DNA of 64,000 bases from Amoebidium appalachense (lineage: Eukaryota; Protista; Ichthyosporea). The DNA is taken from contig CAVNZM010000008.1 in NCBI GenBank assembly GCA_963693365.1, positions 8,064,818 to 8,128,817 on the forward strand. The letters run 5' to 3'. Positions 19,973-33,193 of this stretch are shown piece by piece. Both the position numbers and the translations under genes were made by a program. A model generated the notes under the pieces. That model ran no database searches. It was given only the letters and a program-made list of their open reading frames with translations, and had not been told where the DNA came from. Within the stretch, counting starts at the first letter, position 1, and each line of letters opens with the position of its first letter.

Positions 19973-20830
19973 GAAAGGAAAGAAGGTGAACAAGGTTAGG
20001 GAAAAGGTGAAAGGAATGAGGAAACCGATAAAGCGGGAGTAAAAAAGTTAAAGAAGGGGAGAAAGAGTAGATGTGAATGAAAAGGTTACAGAAAAAAAGG
20101 AAAAAAAGAAAGGTGGGAAGGTTCAACACAAAGGCAAAGGTTTGAAGGATGGTTGGCAGGTTGGTCAGACTCTTGAGCAAGATGGTTATAAAAGGGGTTG
20201 GGGAGGGGCAGGGGCAGGGGGGAAGGGGATTCTAAACATAGTGATACTCGTGTGTACTGATTGGTTCATCTAATTGGGTTGAACGTCTCCGCAAGCCCTT
20301 AAACGATTAGTATTATGCTCATTTGCTCTGCAATAATATTCCTAATTTTTTTGTGTTTGTGGGCAGCAATTCAGCACACAATCAAATTCCGACTGCACAC
20401 TGATTGGTCAAAAAGCGCGCAAAAACTTGAAACATTACGGAAATAACCTGATATGGTAGTGATAAGGCCATGCTGCACACGATGGGCTGGTGTTTACCTT
20501 TCTGAGGTTGGCCTCGCCTGCAGGTGGGAACTGGAGCAGCCACAAAACACTGCAATCCCCATAAAACTTAGCGTCCCACCAAGACAAACATACACACTTC
20601 CCTCAGAACAAAAAACGGAGAAACAGAAAAAAAAAGGCCCTGGACAGACACTCCGCTCAGCTACGAATCCCCCTCCCCCCCCCCCCCCCAAAAAAAAAAA
20701 ATAAATAAATAAAAATAAAATAAAATAAAATAAAACAAAACAAAACAAAATAATCCACCCCCGCCCACCCATATCCTCCCCCCCCCCCCCCCACCACCAC
20801 CACCAAACCCCCCCCCCCTCCACACACACG

Positions 20831-20923
<93 letters not shown>

Positions 20924-21212
20924 CCTGACCTTCCCCTGGGTCAACGAGTTCTTGAACCCGTATACTACTGTGTAAACCTACATCAACAAACACACATGTT
21001 TAAAAGTGACGCATATATTGGCAAGGCGCACATAGTGAGAGGGAATAAACCTGACCCCTCACCTGTTTGGAACACATTTCAAAATGCGGCACCAGACGCC
21101 AAACACCTCTTCATCGATCTTGTACAGTTGGTTGAAGGTGCAGTACACTACTCGGTCGGCTGGCAGCCCGTACTGATGGGCATATACGGTGTTAGATGGA
21201 TTTGCCATCCTT

Positions 21213-21250
<38 letters not shown>

Positions 21251-21495
21251 CGTGCGCGAAAAAAAACCCACCGCTCACCCCCCACCCTCACTCCACCCCT
21301 TTCTCTACCCCCCTCCCCACAAAACAAAAAAAATAATACAACAAACACATGAACACACGACACACATACACCGCCAGTCTCCGAACTGCTCTGCACGGCT
21401 AATAATCAGGGCACACGGTAAGCCGCGAAACGATTTTTCACAATTTTGTTGAAACACTCGATCTCGACACACCAAAACACGCGCACCGTCGGGAA

Positions 21496-21531
<36 letters not shown>

Positions 21532-22054
21532 GGAGGGGCGGAATGTACGGAGCACCTCCAAAAAAAAAAAAAAAATCTTTTTTGTAGGGTGGTGCTGGTG
21601 CTGGTGATGGGATGGTGGGGCGGGGTGGGGTGTGTGTGTGTGTGTGCGCGCGTTTTTGTTTGGTGTGCGTGTGTGTGTGAGTGTGTGTGTGTGTGTGCCG
21701 CGTGCGTGTGTGTGCATGTGCGTGCGCGTGCGCGTGCGCATGTGCGTGTGTGTGAGTCTGTGTGTATGTGTGAGTGTGTGTGTGAGTGTGTTTGGGGTGG
21801 GGGTGGGTGGGGTGTTGGGGGGGGGGGGGACACCAGGGCAACGTACCTTTGCGCGTGTTGGGAATCCCGGTGCAGTTGTGCAATTCGGGTCGAGCAGGAG
21901 TGGGTAACTCTGAAGATGGTCGCAGACAAAAAAGGTGTCGGGGGAGATAGGCGTAGTTCTCACTGTACTGGTGGGACAGCTCGGGGGGGGGGTGGTGGTG
22001 GCATCCGTGATGATGTAGTCCATATAGCTGCAAGGGGGGGGGGATGGGGGGGAT

Positions 22055-22085
<31 letters not shown>

Positions 22086-22910
22086 AGGGGGGGGGGGGGA
22101 GGAAGGGGAGGAAGTAAGCATCTGGTTGTGGGGGGTGTTGCTAGCAAGTTGAGTGTTGTTTAAACTAGCAGAACCTCCACACAACTGGTGTTTTTCGCAG
22201 CTACTCCATGTTTTTCGCAGCTACTTTATGTAGAATTCGAATCGAACCGATTTCCATTTCTGTCAATCACAAAGAGACCTGATACATAATGCATATTGGG
22301 AAGGAGGGGATTGGCAAACATGCGGGAAGTTAGTGGGGAGAGGTGGGCGCCCCGGGGGGGGGGGGGGGGGGTTTGAATGCGGAACACAGTACGAAGTACG
22401 CATACACGATGAGAAGCATGGTGCAGGACACATGCAAAGGCAAACATTCAAGTATGCAGCATCAGCCATGCGCACAGTATGCGTCATAAGCAGAGCCCAT
22501 CCTCAGGGAGGGCCCAAGTCATCAATTGCGTCTGAGTTTCGACCCCTTAGCCCGCGTATATACGACGCTCCAACTCAGACAGCAGCATCAACTGAACTTG
22601 GGTGGGTCAACCCGTCTTGATCAAAGACGAGCAGGGTTGCTTATGCAAGCAAGGTGAGCAAAACGGTGAAGATGTGTGTGCAAACTAATGCAGTGCAGCG
22701 ACAAACACGTATGTGCTTACAGATGCACGACACAGAGCAACCATGCCCGGTTGCATGGAAGTAAAGATGTCTCCACACAGTGGTCTGTCCTGAAAGGACA
22801 CCTCTGAAAGAAGACAGGGGGGGTTTGAATGCGGAACACAGTACGAAGTACGCATACACGATGAGAAGCATGGTGCAGGACACATGCAAAGGCAAACATT
22901 CAAGTATGCA

Positions 22911-22956
<46 letters not shown>

Positions 22957-23726
22957 TTCTCTTACTTTACACCGGATGTGCCTGGGTAGCCTAGCCACAT
23001 GGCCTGAATGGGTGCCGGATGGAGCGCGAATATTTCGTTGCGTGCCCCCTGAGCAACCAAAAAATACAGTGGTGTATAGGGAAGGAGGGAGAGGGGGGGG
23101 GGGGGGGGGGGGGGGGGGGGTTTCAGCGTTAGTGTGACAGGGCGGGGAAATCACACGTGTGAGAGTTGAGAGCAACATGATTGGTTGTGGTTTAGCGATA
23201 ACTGGCGAAATACCCGGTTTAACTTCAGATGTGCCTACCCGGGATTCAAACGACACGGGGGATATAAAACCATGTTCGAATACCAGCATCGAATAGAGTA
23301 GCAAACACAGATGCAAAAAGGGGGGGGAAAAAAGAAGAAAAAAAACAAGGGAAAGAAAAGAAGATGAACAGAAACCAAAATAATGTTGTATCAGCGTGAA
23401 TGGAAGGCTCTTGGACAGAAACCATCAAGCCAGGTGGGAGGGAGAAAGGAGAGGGGGGGGGGGGGGGGGGAGGGGGAGGTAAAACCTTTGTGTATCCGTT
23501 GAGGTTGATAAGTATGTGGATGCCTGCATTGTAGATGACTGAGGCGGCATCCCCAACACTGGCAATACCGGATAGGTCCACAAAGTGCTCCCCCTGCACC
23601 CCCCAAATATTAACCATACGGCCTGTGGTAATGAAAATTTTCATGAGAGGCAGCTTCCTTTTAAGTTACCCTGTAGCCCAAAATCCGTTTATTGCAGTAT
23701 TATCTGATAAGTAGACCACCCCTCCC

Positions 23727-23771
<45 letters not shown>

Positions 23772-24173
23772 ACACACAGGATGAGAGGGACACACAGAGA
23801 GCGCACACATTATTTCACACACGAACAAATTTTTCACTCACACACACAGACACGCGCGCATGCACACACATGAACAAACACACAAAGCAAGATAAAAGGC
23901 TGCCTCCGCTTTGAGATCCTGGGCGGGCTAGCCGACGGGCTGGAAAGGGGGGGGGGGAGGGAGGGAGGAAGGGGGAGAGGGGGGGGGAGAGGGGGGATGG
24001 TGACAAATGGTTCATCACCTCAGCCACTATCTTCTTGCGATACTCCGAGCCATCATCGGGACTGAGGGCAAAGCAGAAAACCTGCAAAAAGGAACATCAT
24101 GTCAGACGTGGGAAAACGGATTCCATCTGGGGAGAGGCAAAAAAAGGGGGGGAGGGGGGGGGGGGGGGGGCTT

Positions 24174-24204
<31 letters not shown>

Positions 24205-24374
24205 GTGTCTGTGTGTGAGTTTGGGGGGTTGGGGTATGTATGTGTTTAGGGGAAAGGGGGGAGGGGGAGGGGGAGAAGGCAAAGGAGGGCCAATGCAGGC
24301 GGGGTTGAGAGGTTAGAATGGAGGTTCGTGGACTCTACTTTTATCTTTTTGTTTTAGTTTTATTCTAATTATAT

Positions 24375-24413
<39 letters not shown>

Positions 24414-24537
24414 GGGGGGGGGGGGGGGGGAGACTTGAGATGGGAGGGGTCTTGGGATCGGGGTCATTTTTGTGTTTTTTTTTTTTTTGTTTTTGTTTGT
24501 TTCTTCGGCGATGATGGTGGTTTGGAACGGGGAGAAG

Positions 24538-24572
<35 letters not shown>

Positions 24573-24742
24573 AAATGCTTTATGGGGTACGAAGTACACA
24601 GCCACTATGAACAACACCATATGAAGTTTGCAAAGCACAAAGAGTAGGCATCATAAGCCATGCCCGTTCCCAGAGGACATAAGTATGGGAGAGGGAAGAG
24701 AAGGGGATTGGGTTTAGGTATCTTTCTTTTTCTTTTTTTTTT

Positions 24743-24795
<53 letters not shown>

Positions 24796-25909
24796 CCCAC
24801 TTCCCCGTCATACTGGTTTGTTGTTCATTTCTTTTTGTTATTTATGCGTGCCTGTTTTTTTTTTGGGGGGGGGGGGGGGGGAGGGGGGGGGAGAGAGGGC
24901 ATGGAGAAGGAAAGGAAGGAGGGGGGGGGGGGGGGGGGGGGAGGGGACCGTCAAGCTGGGCCGGGGGGCCGGGGCCGGGGCCGGGGGGGGGGGGGGGGGG
25001 GGGGGGGGGTTGAATGCGTTATAATGTACGAAGTACACAAGCACAACGGATAACACGATGCAGAATGCAAACCATCCAAAAAGAGTATGCATAATAAGCA
25101 GAGCCCATCCTCAGTACCCCCCCTCGTCATCCACAGTACCCGAGTTTCTACCCATTCACCTCGTTAACGAAACCCACCTCAGATACTGTTTCACTTGAAC
25201 ATGAGTGGGTCACCCGTCTTGATCAGAGACGAGCAGGGTTACTTATGCAGGCAAGGGCAGTGAGAAAGGCCGGGGGTTAATGTTGCAGCAGTAAGCAGAA
25301 GCAAGATATAGATAGGACCTCAGGAGACGGTGCTTCTGGGAAGGGGGCGGGGGGGGGGGGGGGGGGGGGGGGGAGAGGGGGGGGGGGGGGGGGGGGGGGG
25401 GGGGTAAGAAACCTCGAACTGAGAGCGGTCGTGGAAGCCAGGGACACTCTGCATCAGATGGGAGGTGGGGTGGTTGCCAAAGTCGGAGGATACATAGCTG
25501 GTGAGGGGGGTGGGGGGTGTTTATCGTCATAAATACGAGAAAAAGGACAAATCGACAATGTGTGAATGTATGTTTTATGTGGCGACAAATTTCACGTGTT
25601 GCTTTAATTGATGGGATGACTTTATGTAAAAAGGGTTCATACAAATACTGCTTATTAGCCGACCAAGTGTCACTTAGTTTATCATCATAATGAATCTCTT
25701 TCGGAAACCCACCTCTCCTTCCCACTTCTTCCCTCTCCATATATACACAAACACACAAACACCCTCCCATCATCCGAAAATGATATGAAAGTTCACAAGT
25801 CAATTTTACCATGATAAGCAGTGGAAAAAAGGGGGGGGGGGGGGAGGGGGATGTGCACACGGAGGAGGAAAAGGGGCCACACGGGAAGAGAAAATCAGGG
25901 GCGGGGAGC

Positions 25910-25940
<31 letters not shown>

Positions 25941-26394
25941 AGAGGGGGACAGTAAGAGGAGACGAAAAGTGAGAGATGGACGACAAAAGAAAAACAGGGG
26001 GGAAAGATGTTCAGGAAAGGAGATAGGCCTCGTGGAGAAGGGGGGGGGGGGGGGGCTCTTACCCAATTTTCAGCCGTTCTCCAGGCGCCAACTTGTGACC
26101 TCTTGCCCGACTGTCCCTTTTACGAGCAACAATCACACGGTCAGACACTGGGGGGTAGGGGGGGGGGGGGGGGGGGGGGGGGAATGAAGGGGGGAGGATG
26201 AAGGGGGGGGGGAGGATGAAGGGGGGAGGATGAAGGGGGGGGGGGGGGAGGGGACGGACAGGCTGGAGTGTTTTTTTTCCTTTTTCTTATTCTTTCTTTC
26301 TTTTCTTTCTAACAGGAACAGGGGGAGGGGGGAGGGGTCTCCTTTTTATTCTTTTTTCAGGATAAAACAAATGGAATGCCCGCAGAGAGGGGTG

Positions 26395-26425
<31 letters not shown>

Positions 26426-26667
26426 TCAATGACATACGTGAAGGGGTAGGGGGCCAGGTGAAGTGCTCGGACGTTGTCGAGGCATGCCTGCAGGGCCCTA
26501 TTCGTCAGTTTTTAAGCTCTCACAGCAGCTGTATGTAAACACGTGGTTCGTGTGGCTCAAATGGTGTGAGGAAACTCCCCCACTTGCTTTAAGGCATAAT
26601 GTGCGTGAACTCGTGACGTCGTTGAGGGCGTGTGTTGGGGTGTCATTGTGTGTGTGTGTGTGTGTGC

Positions 26668-26700
<33 letters not shown>

Positions 26701-26947
26701 AGAGAGAGAGAAAGAGAGAGAGAGAGAGTGTGTGTGTGTGTGTGTCTGTGTGTTTTTGTTTTTTTTTTTTGGGGGGGGGGGGGTATATAAGAGTATTGCA
26801 TTCATGGGAGCAAAAACATGCAAAACCATTAAGGCAAAACCAACAATGCAAGACCCACAACGTGCAGGCCGAAGATTTTTTTTTTCCCCCCTCTTTTTTT
26901 TTTTTTTTTTTTTTGGGTGGTGGTGTGTGTGTGTGTGTGTGGGGTGT

Positions 26948-26987
<40 letters not shown>

Positions 26988-27890
26988 TATATATGTGCAT
27001 TAGGAACAAAATCAAAGACATGCACGCCGAAGACCTGGCAGAGAGAAAAAAGAGCGGGCGGGGAGGGGGGGGGGGGGGGGGATACCTTTCCGTGGGCGGC
27101 AGCGATAGCAAGGGAGAGGTCAGGGGGGAATGGATAAAGCATCGTGTGGTGAGGCTGGACAGAGGGAATACGGCCAGATGCAATCTGTGCCCTCACAGAG
27201 TCTTCAAGGTGCTTCATGCGTACAGACCGGCTCTGTGTGTGTGTTTGGAGGGGGGGGGGGGGGGGGGGGGGGAGTGGGTGGGTGTGGGTGGGTGCGTGTA
27301 TGTGTGAGTGTGTGTGGGTGTGTGAGTGATTTGGGGCGTGGGGGGGGGGGGGGGGGGTGGGTTGTGTGTGTGTGTGCGCTCGCGCACCGGAGTTTTGCTC
27401 GTGTATGTAGGATGTTCCCTTCGTGCAAGTGGCACGTCGACATATAACGGTGAGTGTTTTAGCAGTGTTTTAGCTAATGCATTAGTTGGTGAACAGATAC
27501 ATTTGTGAGCTGCTTCTGTGAAGTTGTTTTTATACACGTGAAAGGACAAAGTAAACGGATCATTGTCGCCACCTTCTCTGGTGCCTTGCCCACCCCCTCC
27601 CCCTCCCCCCTTCCCCTCTCTCCCGCCCCCTCATCCCCCCTCCCCACCAACCAATCAACCAACCAACCAACCAACCAACCAAAAAAACAGACAACACACT
27701 GCAAAATCCTCTAAGGCACATGTAAAAAATATGCACTATGAGAGGGGGGAAGGGGGGGTAGGGGGAGTTGGCCCACACACCTCCCAGAAGCAGATGAGTT
27801 CGTAGCAGTGGGTGAGGTTTGCAAAAGCATCCGGGAAGTCCGGTCGGATCTGAAGCGCTCGGTAGTAGTAGACGATGGCCTGGAGGAGGG

Positions 27891-27921
<31 letters not shown>

Positions 27922-28450
27922 GGAGAGGGGGAGGGGGAGGCGATGAGTGTCCTATTTCTGGCTATTTCTGGTGGGGGGGGGGGGGGGGGGTAGAATTTCT
28001 TACAGAGAACGAAGCACACATTCACGACGAACACCATGGTGCAGGGTTTTCAAAGCACGCACAAAGAGTATGAATTAAAGGCTGTGCCCATCCTCGGGAG
28101 GGGGGGGGGGGGGGGGGGGGGAGGCATACGCATTATGAGCGGGCAGAGGCTTGCGATGTGATACACTATATGGTACGAGTTCAGAACGAATAACGTAATG
28201 CGGAAATGCAATATAAAAGAGCATACAGTATGCAGGTGGGGAGGGGGGGGGGGGGGGGGGGGGGGGGGAAGATTGAAGGATGCTTCAGGGGAGAGGCAGA
28301 AGGAGAACTCGTACCTCTTGTATGTTTCCAAGGTCCTTGTAGGCACACGCCAGGTTGCTGTGTGCAAGGCACACACGTGTGAGCGAATGTGTTTTGTGGC
28401 ATGACAGGATAAAATACAAACCCAAATCGTTGCCCCCCTTCCCAAAAAAA

Positions 28451-28483
<33 letters not shown>

Positions 28484-29047
28484 AGGGAAGGTGATAAGTG
28501 GGGTGCTGCATGGCAGTCTATGTAATCCTCGAAGTAAACAGCTATGCAAGGAAACACAGGATATTGTTGCACAGGGACAAAGACACCGTCAGACAACACA
28601 CACATGCATACCCTGCAAAAGAGCATGATTTGCATATAACCGTGCACATGCAACGCACACCACACACATGCGTATGTGCGCGCGCGTACACACACACACA
28701 CACACACACACCTGTGCGCATCCGCAAACTTTGGCTTCAGTTCGATGGCCCTCAGGTAGCACTCGATGGCACCCGGCACGTTGCCCATGTCCTTCAGTGC
28801 ATTGCCCTGCACCAATCAAATCGAAGCGTTAGAAAACAGGCTAACGAGGGGACCTCGTTAATTGCTGCATAACCTTTTAAATTCGTACAGACTCTATAGA
28901 GTAACCGTCGAATGTGTGAGAAGGTTGTTGAGCAGGACACAGTACACAGTACGAACTCACAACGGATGACTTTTGTAGGTAAACGGAAGCAGCAACAAAA
29001 AAAGAAGGGGGAAAAAGCATAAGGGTGGGTGGGGGGGTGGGGGGGGT

Positions 29048-29078
<31 letters not shown>

Positions 29079-29275
29079 GAAGCGAACCGAACAGGCAGGA
29101 AAGGAGAAGAATGGCCTACAAGAAAATGGGCTCTGAACGGGGGGGGGGGGGGGGGGCACAAGAGAAAAAGGAATAAACGAATAAAAACAAAAAAAAGGAA
29201 ACGAGAAAAGCAAGTAAAGAAAAAAGAAGAGAAGGAAGAGAAGAGAAGAGAAAACAAAGAAAGAGAACTCCACAC

Positions 29276-29318
<43 letters not shown>

Positions 29319-30249
29319 AGTACAAGCCAATTTTCTTTTTTCTTTTTCTTTTTCTTTTTCTTTTTTTTTTTTTTTTTTTTGGGGGGGGGGGGGGGGAGGG
29401 AGAAAGGGGGGGGAGACAGCGGGGGGGAGGGGGCGGGGGGGGGGGGGGGGGGGGGGAGGGGGAGGGAGGGAGAAAGGGGGGGAGTACGAGAACAAGAGAG
29501 AGAGAGAGAGGGGGGGGGGGGGGGGGGGGGGGGAGTATATTGGTACATACCAGGTTTGAGTAGGCGTCGGCAAAGTGGGGGTTGATCTTGATTGCTTCGT
29601 GGTAGTGGAAGAAGGCCTCGGCCAGTCGGTGCTGGTCCTTGAGCACACTGGCCAGGTTGCTGTGCGCTGCTGGAAACAGGGGGCGCACCTGGAGCGCTGT
29701 GATTTTGATGTTTAAATGTTAGTGATTTTGTTGGGTTTAAGAGTGTATTTTATAGGTTTAGGGGTAGATTCTATTGCTTCGAGCCAGTCCGTGCTGGTCC
29801 TTGAGCACACGGGCTAATTTAGGTTGCTGTAAGCTGCTGGAAACAGAGGGTGCACCCTGAGTGCTGTGATTTTAGAACAGTTTTAGTGCTTTGGCAGATA
29901 TAAGGAGCACATTCTATTGGTTAAGCCAGTTGGTGATCATTCTTGTGCAAGCTGGTTAAAATGCTTGTGTTAAAGACCTGCGCAGATCAGCACAACGCGA
30001 CCATTTGCGCAACAAAACGTGAAATTGCAATCATATCTGGGAAATGTGTGCGTAAATCTGTTGCTGTCACGGGAGGTGGCCATGGCGTGTGTGTGTGTGT
30101 GTGTGTGTATTGGCGGAAGAGGGGGAGGGGGGGGGAGGGGGCCCGGGGGGGGGGGGGGGTGCCGGCTTGGCTTCGGCTGTCCCTCCCATAGAGGGAAAGA
30201 GAAGGGGGGGAGGAGGGGGAGGGGAGGGGAGGGGAGGGGAGGGGGAGAA

Positions 30250-30289
<40 letters not shown>

Positions 30290-30597
30290 GGGAGTGTACC
30301 CTTCTGGTAGAGCTGCATGGCCTTGTCCAAATTGCCTTCGTCCTTGAAGGTATTCCCGAGGTTGTTGAGGGAGTCCGCATGGGTCGGGCACAGCTGCAGC
30401 GCACGAACATAGCTCTCCTTGCTTTCAACCGGCTCGCCCTGTATGTGAGTGTGTGTGTGTGGTGGGGGTGGAGGGGGGGGGGGGAAGGGGGTGGGCGGGG
30501 GGGATGGGGGAATGAGAGTGGGTGGGGGGAGGGGGGGATGAGAATGGGTGGGGGGGGGGTGTTTAGGGGGGGGGGGGGGGGTGGAGGGGGAGGTGGG

Positions 30598-30628
<31 letters not shown>

Positions 30629-31241
30629 GGGGGGGGATAAAACGCGTTATGACAACACAATGTAGGGAACAAAGCACACATTAAAGGGTATGAATAACAA
30701 ACAGAGCCCATCCTCCAGCTGCGGCAGCCCGGGGGGGGGGGGGGGGGGGGCTGAATGTGTCCCATAGTGCCAAGTATGGATAACACGACGTGTTGAATAG
30801 TGGAAAAGAAAAACAAAAGCAAAGACAACCTTAACGACAAAAAACTAAGACAAAACCAGAAAACTAACAACTGTGCAAGCAGTGAAGAGAAAAATGAACA
30901 TAGCCCATATTCAAGGGAACTTTTATCTCTGCACATGATGATTTTTTAACCCTTGACGTATTGCAGGCTCCTTTTTTTTTTTTTTTTTTTTTTTTTGCCG
31001 TTTTTGAGAGGATGGAGGAGGGGAGAGGGAGGGAGGGAAAGGAAGGTGGGGAAAGGGAGGGGGGAGGAGGAGGGGGGGGGGGGGGGGGGGGGGGGGGGTT
31101 GGAGGATGCAGTACAATGGACAAGTACAAACAGAAGGGTGGGGAGGGGGGGGGGGGGGGTCCTAACCAGGTCTTTTAAAACGTTGCCGAGGCTGCAGTAG
31201 ACGTCCGGGGAGTTAGGTTGATACTGAAGTGTAAGCCTGTG

Positions 31242-31297
<56 letters not shown>

Positions 31298-31301
31298 TGT
31301 G

Positions 31302-31396
<95 letters not shown>

Positions 31397-31403
31397 CGCG
31401 CGT

Positions 31404-31441
<38 letters not shown>

Positions 31442-31604
31442 AGGATGTGTCAGAATCAAATGTTAGATTCTGTTACAGAGTACGAAGTCCACATTCACGA
31501 CCGACAACACAGTGCAATTCCTGCAAAGCACACACAAAGGTAGGCATTAAAACTCAGATGCTGAGGGTGGGCGCGTGGGTGGGTGCATGGGTTCTTTTTT
31601 TTTT

Positions 31605-31651
<47 letters not shown>

Positions 31652-32161
31652 CTGTGCCCATTAGAGGGTTAAAAATATAAAAGTAAACATCAAAAGACAA
31701 AAATCGAGAAGCTAAATAAAATCAAAATTTTGAATCAAATAAAATTGCTGGCATAAGACATGAACAGAGCCCATCATCCAAGCCCGGAGGGAGGGGGGTA
31801 AAGTACTTGAACAACTCGACGGCCTGTTGCAGGTTGCCCTGTTCGTAGTGCAGACAGGCACACGAACAGATGGCTCCAAGGTGGCCAGGACTGATCCGTA
31901 GCACCTCACTGTACCCACGCAGCGCCTGTTCGTACATGTGCGACTCCTGTGTACGTGTGTGCGTGCGTGTGTGGAGGGGATGGAAGGGGGGGGGGCGGGG
32001 GGGATAGGTGGGTGGTGGACGTGGGGGTGTGTGTTTGTGCGTGTGTGTGGTGTTTTCGGGGCTTTGCAAGAGCGGTTGGAGGAGAAAGGAGATAGGAGTG
32101 TATACGTCAGACGGTGCAACTGCATAGCAGAGCTGAACACCAAGGTGAAGGGGGGAGAGGA

Positions 32162-32202
<41 letters not shown>

Positions 32203-33098
32203 TGCAGGTGGGAATGGGTGCCTGCGTGGCCACGTGGATATGTGGTATTGTTGAGTTGGGGGGGGGGGGGGGGGGGGGGGGGGGGAGGGAGGGAGGGGGA
32301 TAGAATTTGGTATCGAATAAGAACACATCCATAACGGGCATCACAATACAGAGCGCAACGTCACAATAACACAATGCACAAAGTACTAGCACACATGGAC
32401 AGCGTGATGAGCACATGAAGAAAGCAAAGAAAAAAGAAAAAATGACACGGAAAATATGCAGCATATGTAGATTATTTTATATTATTTTATTTTTTTTTAT
32501 TTTTTTATTTTTTTTTATTTTTTTTTTTTGGGGGGGGGGGGGGTCGGGGGGATCTCAAACCTTTGCGACGTTTGCATAGTTGAGCCAAGCATCGAGAAAG
32601 TTGGGGTCTAGGCAGACGGCCTTTTCGAAGCACTCCAAGGCACCGGGTATGTCGTTTTCATCCACCTTGACACATCCTGGGGGTGGAATATGTCGTAATT
32701 ATGAATGTACAGTCACCGCGCGTTATAGCACCTCCACAATACAGTCCCCCTCCCCTCCCCACCCCCCCCCCCCCCCCCCCCCCAAATATAGCGCCCCCCT
32801 GTGATGTCACCGATTTGGGGAGTCGGGCAGGATTTGAACACCGACACATTACGATATAATGTCCCCCACGATATAACGTCCCCCCAGAGTGTAACCAGAA
32901 GGGGGTGTCATATCGAGCGGTGACTGTAAACAGTGCTTGCATGACATAATGCAACACGTGGAAAAGATTGAACCACTGACTGAGGGTTGCCTCCCCCCCC
33001 CCCCCCCCCCCCCCCCCGGAAAAAAGGAATTAAGAAATAAGAAGAGAGCAGAGAAGAAAGGGAAGGACGAAAGAAAGAAAGAACTCCATCCCCCCCCC

Positions 33099-33130
<32 letters not shown>

Positions 33131-33154
33131 CTTTTTTTCTTTTTTTTCTTTTTT

Positions 33155-33193
<39 letters not shown>

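Noticed and set aside
20931-20978. Possible second orphan exon ([16 protein letters not shown]) in OGT intron 21
   Set aside because: Only about 48 nt, its peptide frame does not fit the phase-2 host intron, and no family is recognisable.
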